From the IMG/VR virus record IMGVR_UViG_3300025011_000017: a stretch of 55,461 nucleotides of DNA, one strand, 5' to 3'. Origin of the DNA: a virus (lineage: Duplodnaviria; Heunggongvirae; Uroviricota; Caudoviricetes). Positions 18,315 through 29,143 of this stretch are shown here, piece by piece (position 1 is the first letter of the stretch; each line of letters opens with the position of its first letter). Under the pieces are notes generated by a model. It was not told the origin of the DNA. It saw nothing but the letters and a program-made list of their open reading frames with translations, and did not search any database. A program made the position numbers and the translations under genes.

Positions 18315-18917
18315 AGACTGAATTTTAAGGAGTTGCTTTAAAATGCAAAACAATAAGAAAATCATGGACTACTGCCACACCTTTTGTCCAAATTATGCGT
18401 GGATAAACGAGCAAAAAACTTGTATGAAAACAAAGTGTAGCCGTGAAAAACAAAAACTTGAATGGCAAAATAGAGATACAAACCGATTTGACAAAGGATA
18501 CTAAAAACTTAAAAAATGCTATGCTTTTATTAGGAGGGCATGTGCCCTCCTTTTCTTTTTGTTTAATATGTGAAATATATCACAACATCCTAGAATCGAT
18601 TCTAAGTCTTCATTTTAATCATATCTATATAACCTTTTAAAAAGTATTTTACTCTTAAAATAGATACCATTATGAGTCTTACAAAGGATTTTAATTAATC
18701 GTTCAAATTGACCAAAATAATTGCACGATATAAAAAATCTAATATTAAAATATCATTAAAAAATTAACGATGCCATTCTATTTAAAATTATCATATTTTA
18801 ATATCCGTTTTTATAAAATACCAAGCGAAAATTGTGAAATGTTTCACTAAATAAAAATTTTGATATTATAATATTATTATTTTGTGCAAAAAGAAAAGAG
18901 GATTTTTCAAATCCTCT

Positions 18918-19409
18918 TTAAAATAGTGGTGTATGTGGATCTGGATCTATTCTTGTCGAGCCATATGCAGTACGAATTCTATCCATGCTCCAGTTAGACT
19001 TTCCGCTCTTTATATAGTCTGATGGTTTCCAATACCAAGCTTTTTTCTTTCCTGCCCATGAAAAACCTGCTTGTTTAATAATTTCTTTGACCGCTTTTGT
19101 CTCGCCAGTTATCCAGACCCATGAACCGCAAATCTCAATAATTATGTTGGGAATAAATACCACTTTTGATATCACTTCGCGGAATCCGTCCATTATGTCA
19201 TGATGCTTATTCGCGTATTTGTCACTTTCTTCCCTTGGATGGTTTTTGACCCACTCAAAAGCATATTCGTATTCGATATTAATTTCCTTCATGTTTTCCA
19301 AATCTCCGTTGTGGTCTGGATGATGAATATAAACAAGTGCTTTATAAGCTTTTTTTAAGTCCCCAAGATTAGCATATTCTGCAAGATTGAACCATTTCAA
19401 TGTTTTCAT
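18918..19409 (-). CDS. DnaJ-domain protein
   Basis: LKKAYKAL...HHPD...MKEINIEY; C-terminal CGSWVWITG domain. Confidence 0.85.
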   Translation of the reverse strand: MKTLKWFNLAEYANLGDLKKAYKALVYIHHPDHNGDLENMKEINIEYEYAFEWVKNHPREESDKYANKHHDIMDGFREVISKVVFIPNIIIEICGSWVWITGETKAVKEIIKQAGFSWAGKKKAWYWKPSDYIKSGKSNWSMDRIRTAYGSTRIDPDPHTPLF

Positions 19410-19588
19410 AATTAATTCCCCCTTAATAATTTATCTATTATAGCTATTTTATCAGTTGACATATTATATGTCAATATACTTACTGACTTTATTTTAATGC
19501 ATATTATAATATTAAATTTATTCAATAAAATAAAATCAATATTATAATATCAATAATTTATTATAAAAAATAAGAGGAATAATTCCTC

Positions 19589-20026
19589 TTAAATAATTCC
19601 TTTCTCTTTTAAGCTAACGTGTTTTTCTTCTCCTATAATAACATGATCTAAAACCTGTATTCCCAAAATCTCCCCTGCATCAATCATACGTTTAGTTATT
19701 GTTATGTCTTCTTCGCTTGGCGTAGAATCTCCGCTAGGATGGTTATGGGCCAAAATAATTGCATTCGAATTAGCTAAAATTGCCGCTTTAAATACTTCGC
19801 GTGGGTGAACAATCGAAGAATTAAGTGAACCAACAGAGACAATATTTATAGCATTAACCTTATTTTTTGTATCTAAACACATCACACACAACATTTCTCT
19901 ATCTAAACCTTTCATAAAATCAACCATTATTTTATACGCATCGTATGGAGAGTTAACGGTATTTACTTCATAAAGTGCCGTATGATCTTTCACCATTTGT
20001 ATTTTAACGGTCTGAATTCTTTTCAT
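19589..20026 (-). CDS. radC: RadC-like JAB domain protein
   Basis: VHPREVFK, AHNHPSGDSTPSEED, LDHVIIG. Confidence 0.93.
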   Translation of the reverse strand: MKRIQTVKIQMVKDHTALYEVNTVNSPYDAYKIMVDFMKGLDREMLCVMCLDTKNKVNAINIVSVGSLNSSIVHPREVFKAAILANSNAIILAHNHPSGDSTPSEEDITITKRMIDAGEILGIQVLDHVIIGEEKHVSLKEKGII

Positions 20027-20430
20027 TATTAAGTCTCTCCTTTAAATTTAATTCATTATAACAATTTTATCATCAACATATTAATATGTCAATATAATTA
20101 TTTTATTTGATATTATAATACAATATGTATAAAAATTGCATATTATAATATCAAAATTATTTAAATAAAAGCAGGAGTTTCCTGCTTTAAGCTGAAATTT
20201 TTTCTATTTCTTGTTCTGCTATTTTTAACAACTTATCTCTTTTTATTTCTTCAAGAGGGGAAAGGTTAACTTTTATTAATAACTTAATAAGTTTATTATA
20301 ATCCGCTTCAAGCATTTTTATCAACTCCTTTTCATATAATAAATATATCATATTATTTTAGTCTTGTACATATAAACAAAAAACGATATTAAAATATTAA
20401 ATTTAATATAGAATAATGAGATAATAAATA

Positions 20431-21006
20431 TTATCCCATTATTCTATATCTTTCAAACGTAGAATTTGAATAGAATATACCATCCTTTTTGATCCAATCA
20501 TATCCTTCGAGCCACACTTCATTTTTGTCCATAATGGCAAACTTTGAATTTGTGCCATCAAAAATAGAGTTACCTTTAATTTTGTTTTTACTAATCTTGG
20601 AAAGATAGTCTTTAATGAATATTTGCGTATCGCTTAAATCATATCTTTTGTTAGTATTTTTACAGAAATTGATAATTCCATTATGAGCTATTCCAATTGT
20701 TGTTGAGAGTTCTAAAGCTTGTAGTTTTTTGATCGTTTTTGTCAAAGGAAAAGGATGAGTATTTTGTGGCGTTGATGCCCCTTGCGTTGCCCACCTGAAA
20801 TGTATAACTAAATCATTAGCATAAAAAATATATGATTTTATTTCTCGATAAAATTCGTTGAAGTTCATAAAACCTTTTTCGATTATTACCTTTTCGCCAT
20901 CGTTAAACATATAACCAACGCCATCGGGATTATTTTCAAAACATGTTTTTAAAATTGACTTGCTAGGTAAATTATGCCCCTTTGGCTTGTATACAATTAT
21001 ACACAT
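20431..21006 (-). CDS. Class II glutamine amidotransferase domain protein
   Basis: MC start, NPDGVG, HFRWATQG, HPF, AHNG, SDT. Confidence 0.88.
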   Translation of the reverse strand: MCIIVYKPKGHNLPSKSILKTCFENNPDGVGYMFNDGEKVIIEKGFMNFNEFYREIKSYIFYANDLVIHFRWATQGASTPQNTHPFPLTKTIKKLQALELSTTIGIAHNGIINFCKNTNKRYDLSDTQIFIKDYLSKISKNKIKGNSIFDGTNSKFAIMDKNEVWLEGYDWIKKDGIFYSNSTFERYRIMG

Positions 21007-21203
21007 TATATTCACCCCTTCTTAAGTTACTACATTTTATCATTATTGCATTCTAATGTCAATATAATTGCCCGTTATTAATTTTTAATATTAAAATACA
21101 ATAGAAATATTAATTTATATTACAATATTTAAAATTTTATTATTATAATATAATAAAATTTGATATTAAAATACTAAAATATTTACATAAAAAAAAGAGA
21201 ACT

Positions 21204-21830
21204 TTAGTCCTCTTCTTCCTCATTTTTTACATATATATCAAATGTTATATAGAATTGGCTTGTTTCAGCAATGTTAAAAATTATTTGAGCAAATTGATCC
21301 TTGAACTTATTATATAGTTTTTGTGGGTTGTCATTCATACCAGTATGCAATCCGTTCTGGTATGAATCATCAAGTTTTGCGAATCCTTTTTCAATCAGTT
21401 CGTCGCGAGTAAATAATACATTGGCTGTCAAAGGATTATTTGTAATATGCTCCAGGTATCCTTCAGGATTATCATGCATACATACACTACATTCCAAAAA
21501 ACCATCGCCAATCCAAAAATCTGGCGTCCAGCCATAGCAATCCGCTGACGTTCTAACCACTGAGCCACAACTACTACATTGAGAGTATTCGTCAGAATAG
21601 ACTACAATTATAATATCGTCCATTCTCATCATTTCTGTTAATTCGTCTTCGATACTTTTCAAAAATTCTTCTACTGCATCAGCTTGTTTCGAGTTTTCAC
21701 AGATTACATGAGTCAATTCGTGTTTATCTTCTCCAATGTTAACCCCACCATCGAAAAGACCATTATCTCGACAGAAACTATGCACCATTTCAACGACATC
21801 TAATTTGTCTAATTGAGCTATTTGATCCAT
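21204..21830 (-). CDS. Hypothetical acidic protein with zinc ribbon
   Basis: RBS GGAGG; CSSC...CSVC. Confidence 0.7.
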   Translation of the reverse strand: MDQIAQLDKLDVVEMVHSFCRDNGLFDGGVNIGEDKHELTHVICENSKQADAVEEFLKSIEDELTEMMRMDDIIIVVYSDEYSQCSSCGSVVRTSADCYGWTPDFWIGDGFLECSVCMHDNPEGYLEHITNNPLTANVLFTRDELIEKGFAKLDDSYQNGLHTGMNDNPQKLYNKFKDQFAQIIFNIAETSQFYITFDIYVKNEEEED

Positions 21831-22256
21831 TATTAATTCCTCCTTAAAATTCTTTATATCTTATTATATAGGAAATTCAATGTAATGTCAATATAATTAA
21901 TTTTAAATTATTTTTAATATTATAATATGAAATCTAAATAAAGAGAGTTAATCTCTTTATTTACTTCCTATAGTTATTATTTGAGTATAAAACATTAAAG
22001 CAACACAAATAAAAGCAATAAAATTGGATAAAATAAATTCTTGTTTCTTATTTAGCATTATTTTATTCTTGTGCAAAATAATTCCCCCTTTAGGATATAT
22101 ATTATCAACAAATAATAAGCATGTCAATATAATAAAATAGTGTATTATAATATATAGAATCTCATTTTTATTTCGTATTATAATATCATTAAAATAATGT
22201 AAAAAGAAAAAGGAAGACGTTTCTTCCTTTATATCCATGCATAATCTGCTTTATTA

Positions 22257-22310
22257 TGGTTTGCCGAAATGGGTTATACTTATATAGGAAAATTTAGTTT
22301 AGGCCACAAT
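22257..22310 (+). pseudogene. Inverted fragment paralogous to C-terminus of 23593-23844
   Basis: WFAEMGYTYIGKFSLGHN versus WFEEIGYTYIGKFSLGHN. Confidence 0.8.
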
Positions 22311-22335
22311 CGTTTGGCTCAACGCAAGATATTTA

Positions 22336-22563
22336 TCATTTTTTACTTATGCGATTATCTTCATAATAAATTAATTGTCTTACAATAACTATTACTACAT
22401 AAACAACTACAACTAATAATGTTAATATCCATAATGGACTTAATACCCACAACCATGTCCAAGTAATTATATTAGATAATTTTAAACCAATAAATAGTAT
22501 AGTTAATAAGCCAACAATTCCAGATCCTCCAGATGAATTGTTTTTATTAGACAATATATTCAC
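22336..22563 (-). CDS. Small membrane protein
   Basis: LFIGLKL...WTWLWVLSPLW pattern. Confidence 0.75.
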   Translation of the reverse strand: MNILSNKNNSSGGSGIVGLLTILFIGLKLSNIITWTWLWVLSPLWILTLLVVVVYVVIVIVRQLIYYEDNRISKK

Positions 22564-22954
22564 CTCCTTAAAACAATATTATCACTTTATATACATACTG
22601 TCAACATTATCTTATATTAATATTGAAATATTAGCTTAATTTGTTAAAAATAAAAGGGAAGTCTAAACTTCCCCTGTCCTGTATTTACATCCATTTTCTT
22701 CCGTCCAGTTAAAACAATACCAGCATGGACGAAAATCATTTAGAGTACAACCTTCTTTTTCAATTTGAATACTTTGCTTCATAAGCTATAACCTCTTTCA
22801 TTAATTTATTCTTATTATATTACTTATATCATTAAGTGTCAATATAAATAATTTTCTATATTATAATATAATAGAACTTCAATTTTATATTTTAATAACT
22901 GTATTGACATCGAAGCAATTCAGTGATAAAATAAATAAAAGGAGTTGAATTATA

Positions 22955-23185
22955 TTGGATAAAGAAAAACGTGTTAATGGTTGGAAGTGTGAAGAAAAAC
23001 ATGAGTTATGGTTATCTGAATACGATAAATATGTTTTGATGGATGAATTACAACTAAGGATATATAGTATTGAAGCATCTAGGAATAAAGTTGGTATTAG
23101 TCCTGACGATAAAAAAGCAGAGTCAAATAAACATATTGACGCAATTAATAGAATACTTATTCAACTAAGGGAGGAGTTAAAATAA
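22955..23185 (+). CDS. Hypothetical protein
   Basis: Promoter plus RBS AAGGAG. Confidence 0.65.
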   Translation: MDKEKRVNGWKCEEKHELWLSEYDKYVLMDELQLRIYSIEASRNKVGISPDDKKAESNKHIDAINRILIQLREELK

Positions 23186-23407
23186 ATGTTTGATAAGCGT
23201 TTTTATGATTTAGTTCGAGAAAACGAAGAGATTAATAAAAAAAGTGACCTTATAACCAAAGAATTTAGGGAAAGATATTTGAATCCCCTTATCGAAAAAG
23301 GTGACATAGAAGGGATAAAGGAATTTATTGTACAGGTAGGAAATGAATATTCTCGCTGGTGTGCAAGAGATGCATTATCAGATTTATTAGAAAAAGAAGG
23401 TAAATAA
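23186..23407 (+). CDS. Hypothetical protein
   Basis: RBS GGAGG. Confidence 0.65.
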   Translation: MFDKRFYDLVRENEEINKKSDLITKEFRERYLNPLIEKGDIEGIKEFIVQVGNEYSRWCARDALSDLLEKEGK

Positions 23408-23500
23408 TTGCCTTCTTTTTATTTTAAAACTTCATATTATAATATAATAAAACTCCGATTTTATTATTGTATTTTAATATAGAAAATTTTTTAAATATTA

Positions 23501-23534
23501 TAATATAATATAATATAATATAATATAATATAAT
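23501..23534. repeat. (TAATA)6 microsatellite
   Basis: Direct reading. Confidence 0.9.
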
Positions 23535-23592
23535 TTACATATTATAATATTAATAATATTCTACAAAAAGAAAAGAAGGGTTATTACCTTCT

Positions 23593-23844
23593 TTAACCAG
23601 TTTTAAATCTGTTGTGTCCCAAACTAAATTTTCCTATATATGTATATCCTATTTCCTCAAACCACTTGATCATCACATTAGCAGGATAACCGCTAAAATC
23701 GCCAGTAATAGGTATTTTTTTAGAACTGATTCTATAGCATGGCTTTCCGTTTTTGATGCCAGATATTAAGCTTGCATTATCCTTAGTAGATTCATTCTTG
23801 AAGGATCGAATGTTTAATTCGTGGAAAACATCGTCATTAGCCAT
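23593..23844 (-). CDS. Hypothetical protein
   Basis: RBS GGGAGG. Confidence 0.7.
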   Translation of the reverse strand: MANDDVFHELNIRSFKNESTKDNASLISGIKNGKPCYRISSKKIPITGDFSGYPANVMIKWFEEIGYTYIGKFSLGHNRFKTG

Positions 23845-24061
23845 AACATATAACCTCCCTAAATTTTGAAATACTTCTTATAAATATGCTAAAATTTAAA
23901 ACAAACTTATTCGCTCATTTGGCTCAATATAAGAAGTATTTTTCATTAACTTATTCTAACATTAAACGTAAAAGCTGTCAACATTATTTTATATTAGTAT
24001 TTTAATATAATTAATTATTGTATTTTAATATATAAAATTTATTATAAATAAGAAGGAGGTT

Positions 24062-24397
24062 TTAAACCTCCTCTAATAAATAAGAATTTTCTTCGGTATC
24101 ATTAAAATCAAGTTCCAAACTATCTTCTAATTCTTGCTTAACTTCTTTATCTAAAAAATCGCCATAGACTAAAAATCCTAATAATGTATTTCCCATGTCT
24201 TTTAATCCCCTATACAAATTACAGCCGCTTGAAAGGTCATTGCCTTTAAAAATCTGCGTTCCATTTAACTTAACTATATAATTAATAACCATACGATTTT
24301 CAGAATTAAGTCCTAATTCTTTTAATCCAATCTCTACTTTTCCGCATTTAAACCATGTCATATTATCATTCTCCATTATTTTCTTCCTCCTCTTCAC
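24062..24397 (-). CDS. Hypothetical protein
   Basis: ORF coupled to upstream gene; real start likely MENDNM. Confidence 0.65.
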   Translation of the reverse strand: MKRRKKIMENDNMTWFKCGKVEIGLKELGLNSENRMVINYIVKLNGTQIFKGNDLSSGCNLYRGLKDMGNTLLGFLVYGDFLDKEVKQELEDSLELDFNDTEENSYLLEEV

Positions 24398-24767
24398 ATT
24401 TAAACCAACCTATGCAAGCACCATCGTCTTCTGTGTTACCAAAATAATAGCCTTCAGGAGCAATACTATTGAAGAAATTATATATTCCTTCGTCCCATAT
24501 GTTGTTTGCTTCTTCCATTTCTTTTTCTGGTATTTTGATCAGCGAATAGTATTGATTGCGGAATAGAGGTGACAGCTTATCCTCAGATTCATCAGTATTT
24601 ACAAATACTCCTTCAATTTCATCTTTAAGAGCGGTTTTAAGTTCATAAGCAACAATAAGATCATAAGCTTTTGGAAGCAAATGAACAAGATTTAAAGTCC
24701 CATCTGATAATATATATCCTTCCTTAGAAATAATATCATTTTGAAGATTTTTTACTGTCATTTTCAA
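24366..24767 (-). CDS. Hypothetical acidic protein
   Basis: RBS AAGGGGG; APEGYYFG...DGACIGWF. Confidence 0.7.
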   Translation of the reverse strand: MKMTVKNLQNDIISKEGYILSDGTLNLVHLLPKAYDLIVAYELKTALKDEIEGVFVNTDESEDKLSPLFRNQYYSLIKIPEKEMEEANNIWDEGIYNFFNSIAPEGYYFGNTEDDGACIGWFKCEEEEENNGE

Positions 24768-24880
24768 TTTCCCCCTTTTTTATAAATATAACATGGTATT
24801 TAACAAGTGTCAATATAATTAAATTAAAAATATATTTCATATTATAATATATTAAATTATTCGTAATTAAAAAAAGGTTT

Positions 24881-25291
24881 TCACCTTTTTTTAAAACTAT
24901 AATCACGATAATGATCACGTTCTCTTTTTAAATATTCAATTTGTTTTTCGAGTGCTTCAGTCTTATTTCTATATTTATAAGATTCTCCAGAAACGCAAAA
25001 ATAATTAAGTCCATTTAAAAATGGTATATATTTATCTTTTGTTTCCAATTCAATAGTACAATCTAACATTTTATGAGCTTTATTTTTTTTGATACTTACA
25101 TAACTTATGTCATTCGCACCTATAACCAAATACCATTTTCTGGATAATTTATGGTTTATATATTTTTTTAAAAATCTTATATAATGTAGCTTAAAACTAA
25201 ACCATTTCGAACTTAGTTTTGCTAGACCAGTTTTTGGTTTTCCTAAATTTTCTAAATCAACGAGCATTTTTAAAACCTTTTTATCAAACAT
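24881..25291 (-). CDS. Hypothetical basic protein
   Basis: RBS GGGAGG. Confidence 0.65.
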   Translation of the reverse strand: MFDKKVLKMLVDLENLGKPKTGLAKLSSKWFSFKLHYIRFLKKYINHKLSRKWYLVIGANDISYVSIKKNKAHKMLDCTIELETKDKYIPFLNGLNYFCVSGESYKYRNKTEALEKQIEYLKRERDHYRDYSFKKR

Positions 25292-25589
25292 AATAAATTT
25301 CCTCCCAAATATTTTGTTTCATTAAGTATATAAAATAATGAGTTAATAGTCAATAAATTATATTTTTGGTATTTTAATATACAAATAAATTAGTTTGACA
25401 CAAGAATACAGTAATGTTATAATTACATATAATCAAATAAAGGAGTGGAGGAATGTTGAAACAATTTATTCTTGATCGTGCTAAACTCGAAACGCTACTT
25501 AGTATTATGAAAGAGCGTAATGTTAGTTTATTGGTTAATACCATTTATGAAGATGATTTACTTATTGTCGAGGATGAAAATCAAATTTT

Positions 25590-25943
25590 TTGTACAAGCA
25601 TTGCCATAAATTGAAAGGGGACTGCATTGTGAAATATAAAGTTGACATAGTTATTACCAATAGAAATACCTTTGAGCAGAAATTTATCGAAAAGGAATTC
25701 ACTGATCGAGAACAAGCAGAAGACTATAAGCAGGAAATTCTTGATGCTATGGATTTTAATGAATGTTCACATTGGTATAAAGTCATACCTATTAAAACAT
25801 GTTCGTGTGGTGAAGAAGTTGAATTATCAAGTTTTACAAATACATGCGATTGCGGAATTAATTATAATTTTAGTGGTGATATGTTAGCGGATCGAGAACA
25901 ATGGGGAAGTGAGACAGGAGAAAGGTGGCAAGATTGTTATTAG
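25590..25943 (+). CDS. Hypothetical protein with zinc ribbon
   Basis: CSCG...CDCG; likely GTG start 25629. Confidence 0.65.
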   Translation: MYKHCHKLKGDCIVKYKVDIVITNRNTFEQKFIEKEFTDREQAEDYKQEILDAMDFNECSHWYKVIPIKTCSCGEEVELSSFTNTCDCGINYNFSGDMLADREQWGSETGERWQDCY

Positions 25944-26129
25944 TGGATTAAAATCCACTAATTTTTTTATTTTTATTTATATTATATTAAAATATGTAAA
26001 ATATCATATTATAATACAATAGATATTTATATTTAAATATTGATTTAAAAGTATATTGACATTGCTATTGATATGTGTTAATATTAGAGCATCGAACACG
26101 AATTTTATTGCTTAAAGGAGGTTTAAAAC

Positions 26130-26330
26130 ATGCAGAAATTCTTTCTTATTTGTTTTGAAAATACTACGAAAGCAGTAGATATTATCCAAGCAAATTCTGA
26201 AAATGAAGCTATACAAAAATTTGCAAGTAATAGAAACGGAAATCTACATGAAGAAAATGGTATATTGTATTATAAACTTCCAAAATCAAATTATCGTTTA
26301 TATGCACTAAATAATAATCATGTAAGATAG
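26130..26330 (+). CDS. Hypothetical protein
   Basis: Promoter, RBS GGAGG. Confidence 0.65.
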   Translation: MQKFFLICFENTTKAVDIIQANSENEAIQKFASNRNGNLHEENGILYYKLPKSNYRLYALNNNHVR

Positions 26331-26362
26331 AATCCAGTTTCTATAATGAAAGGAGAATAATA

Positions 26363-26557
26363 ATGCAAAAAATCAATGAATATTCGAAGTTAATGCACTT
26401 TCAAACTTTTTTGTTTGATGATACGGATGAAGGATTTAATGAAATGGTAGAACATGAAGTAAAAATGAAATCTGAAGGATATGATATTGTAAATACAAAG
26501 TTGCAGGACGGTAAGCGTAGAGTTCATTATGTTAAAAGCAATATATTAGAGGGATAA
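26363..26557 (+). CDS. Hypothetical protein bounded by two ATARAA-N6-TTYTAT sites
   Basis: RBS AAAGGAG. Confidence 0.65.
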   Translation: MQKINEYSKLMHFQTFLFDDTDEGFNEMVEHEVKMKSEGYDIVNTKLQDGKRRVHYVKSNILEG

Positions 26558-26921
26558 AATACAATTTTTATAGCAGGTTTTATCATCCTGCTTATTTTTT
26601 TAAGTAAATTCATGATATTATAATATAAAGAAGAATTCACCTTTATATTATAATATCATGAGAATATATGTATTGACATATTTAGTTTAATATGATATAT
26701 TTATATAAAGAAGATTGAAAGAGAGGGCAAGGATAAAATATGATTGGAAGTACTAAAATTGGTGAATATGCACGAACGATTGAAATGTTAATGAAAATGA
26801 CAGATAAATCTAAAAAGGATGTTGCTTTGATATTATATTTTTTATACGATTCTCAATATAAGAGTTTAGATTTGAAGACAATGGCTGACTTAATCACAAA
26901 CAAACAATTGTAAATCATAAA

Positions 26922-27281
26922 ATGAAAGAGGTTATGAAAATGGAAAAACTAAAAGTTACTAAAAGGGAAATGAAAAATAGGTATAATCGAATTGTTAAAA
27001 TTGGTTATTGTGACGCTCAATATTTACTTACTTATGAAAACCCCATAGCTTATAGCACAAGATCAGAAGGGTGGGCGTGTGATTATTACGACATTGACGG
27101 AATATTGATTTCCACTGGTTACACTCCTTTAGATGATAAAAATATGAAGCATGATTTTAATCTTCTTCAAGAGTATGAGCAGAAGGCCAGAGTCATTGTA
27201 TTAGGCCAAGAAGTGCATGAAGAACAAAGGGAAAAAGTAACACAATTATTAAAGCAATTTATCAATGAAATTACGCTATAA
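26922..27281 (+). CDS. Hypothetical protein
   Basis: IGYCDAQYLL...YST...GWACDYY. Confidence 0.7.
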   Translation: MKEVMKMEKLKVTKREMKNRYNRIVKIGYCDAQYLLTYENPIAYSTRSEGWACDYYDIDGILISTGYTPLDDKNMKHDFNLLQEYEQKARVIVLGQEVHEEQREKVTQLLKQFINEITL

Positions 27282-27513
27282 AGGTAATAGGCAGGAGAAA
27301 AATCCTGCCCATTACTTTTAGGAGGATTTAAAAGATGGATTATGACAGCAAAAGAGATAAGCAAGCTGAATTGCTATTCACTGGAAAATGCGAAATTAAG
27401 AAAACTGAATTGGATGATTTTAAAAACTATCTAATTAAAACAAAAATAGCATTTTCATTTACCCAAGACAATCAAAAGTGCATTTTTAAATTAATTTAAG
27501 GAGGGAAATATTT

Positions 27514-27705
27514 ATGGATTTTAAAGACGCTATTCTTGATGGCAAACAAAAAATATTGGCATTTCAAGATGATGATGATGTATGTATTTGCAAAGAGTGT
27601 AGACAAGAAGTTGATGCTACATTAATCTGCATGAAGTGTTACAAAGAAATATGTCTTTCTTGCGCTCATATTAGTGGAAAAATACTTTGTTCAGACTGTA
27701 AATAG
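27514..27705 (+). CDS. Cys-rich zinc-binding protein
   Basis: Four CxxC; RBS GGAGG. Confidence 0.65.
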   Translation: MDFKDAILDGKQKILAFQDDDDVCICKECRQEVDATLICMKCYKEICLSCAHISGKILCSDCK

Positions 27706-27745
27706 AAAAGAAGGGACATTAAAACCCTTTAAAAGGAGTGGTAAA

Positions 27746-27985
27746 ATGAATATTGACAATATTGATAAATTGAAGTCTGAGGAAATGAAAAAATTACACG
27801 CTGAAAAAGAAGCATATGTAGATCATTACGAAGAAGAACAGAACAATTTTATTAATGCAATGACTGAAAAATATAATGTTAAAACTCTAGATGATTTTAG
27901 AAAACTTGCTAGTCTTAGAATATTTCCTGATTCTGTTAGTTTGGTATTCGCTTTTAAAAGATTTATGGATATAAAAGACAAATAA
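27746..27985 (+). CDS. Hypothetical protein
   Basis: RBS AAGGAG. Confidence 0.6.
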   Translation: MNIDNIDKLKSEEMKKLHAEKEAYVDHYEEEQNNFINAMTEKYNVKTLDDFRKLASLRIFPDSVSLVFAFKRFMDIKDK

Positions 27986-28337
27986 AATCATGTTTCTATT
28001 ACCTAAATAAAGGAGGGGAAGATCATATCTACTAAAAATGATTTAATTGAAAAATTATTTAGTCCATATATGTTATTTGGAAGAATGAAAAAAGGGACTG
28101 AAAAAGCTGAAATTATTAAAAAGGACTTGAAAAAACTTTCTATCGATACTTTATTAGAAATGATACTTTATGGAGAAAGACAACATTAGATTATAAATCC
28201 AATTTCTATAACGAGGCTAATATCCTCGTTATATTTTTAAAATAAAAATTTAATATTAAAATATATAAAAATAATTATATTGACAATTTTGTATATAAAG
28301 TTTATAATTTAAAATAAAAAAGAAAGGACAAGTAAAT

Positions 28338-28529
28338 ATGTGGAGATTAAAAAATATTGCAATGATATATTTAGGTAGTTTCTTTGCTTCACTTGGAATA
28401 TTTGGTACTATTAAATCTTTTAGTATGTTAAATATCTTAATTATTACCATTATTAATGGAACATTTTTTACTGCTCTTGGCTTTGTTGGTGAAAAATTAT
28501 TAACTTTTAAAGGAGAATGCTTAAAATGA
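28338..28529 (+). CDS. Small membrane protein
   Basis: Two hydrophobic helices. Confidence 0.55.
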   Translation: MWRLKNIAMIYLGSFFASLGIFGTIKSFSMLNILIITIINGTFFTALGFVGEKLLTFKGECLK

Positions 28530-28795
28530 GTACAAGTTATGGAGTTCACGGAATTAAACCTGCTGGTGATAAATGGCATAATATGAAGGCTGTTTATGAA
28601 GCTTGTATTTTTGCAAACGTAGAGGTTCCTAAAACTGTATGGGATTTCTTTGGCAATGAAGAACCTGATGATTTAGGAGTTAAAGTTAAACTCGAACCTA
28701 TCATTGAGCATGGCGATGGAGAATGTAATTATATAATCGATTTAACTAAAATTGACAAAAATATTCAACTCATTGTATTTTCTGCATCATGGTAA
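28517..28795 (+). CDS. Hypothetical protein
   Basis: RBS AAGGAG. Confidence 0.65.
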   Translation: MLKMSTSYGVHGIKPAGDKWHNMKAVYEACIFANVEVPKTVWDFFGNEEPDDLGVKVKLEPIIEHGDGECNYIIDLTKIDKNIQLIVFSASW

Positions 28796-29143
28796 AAAGA
28801 GGGAAAGCCCTCTTTTACTTTTTAATTTCATATTATAATATCATTTATTTATCTATGTCAATATAAATAAATATATGATATTAAAATATTAAAATAATAC
28901 TATATTGACATTGAAAATTCTATATGATATAGTAAGATAAATCAAAAAGAAAGGATTTGAAAGTGTTTACCCTCTTTTAGAAGGAGGTGCATTATGTTTA
29001 TTATAATTTTTATTTTTTTAATTGTTTGGATAATTTTATGTGGTTATAAAACATAAATATTTTCTGATAAATGTATTGACAAATATGCAGTAATGTATTA
29101 TACTTAGGATATTAGGAAAACAGATTTAAAGGAGTGGATTTTA

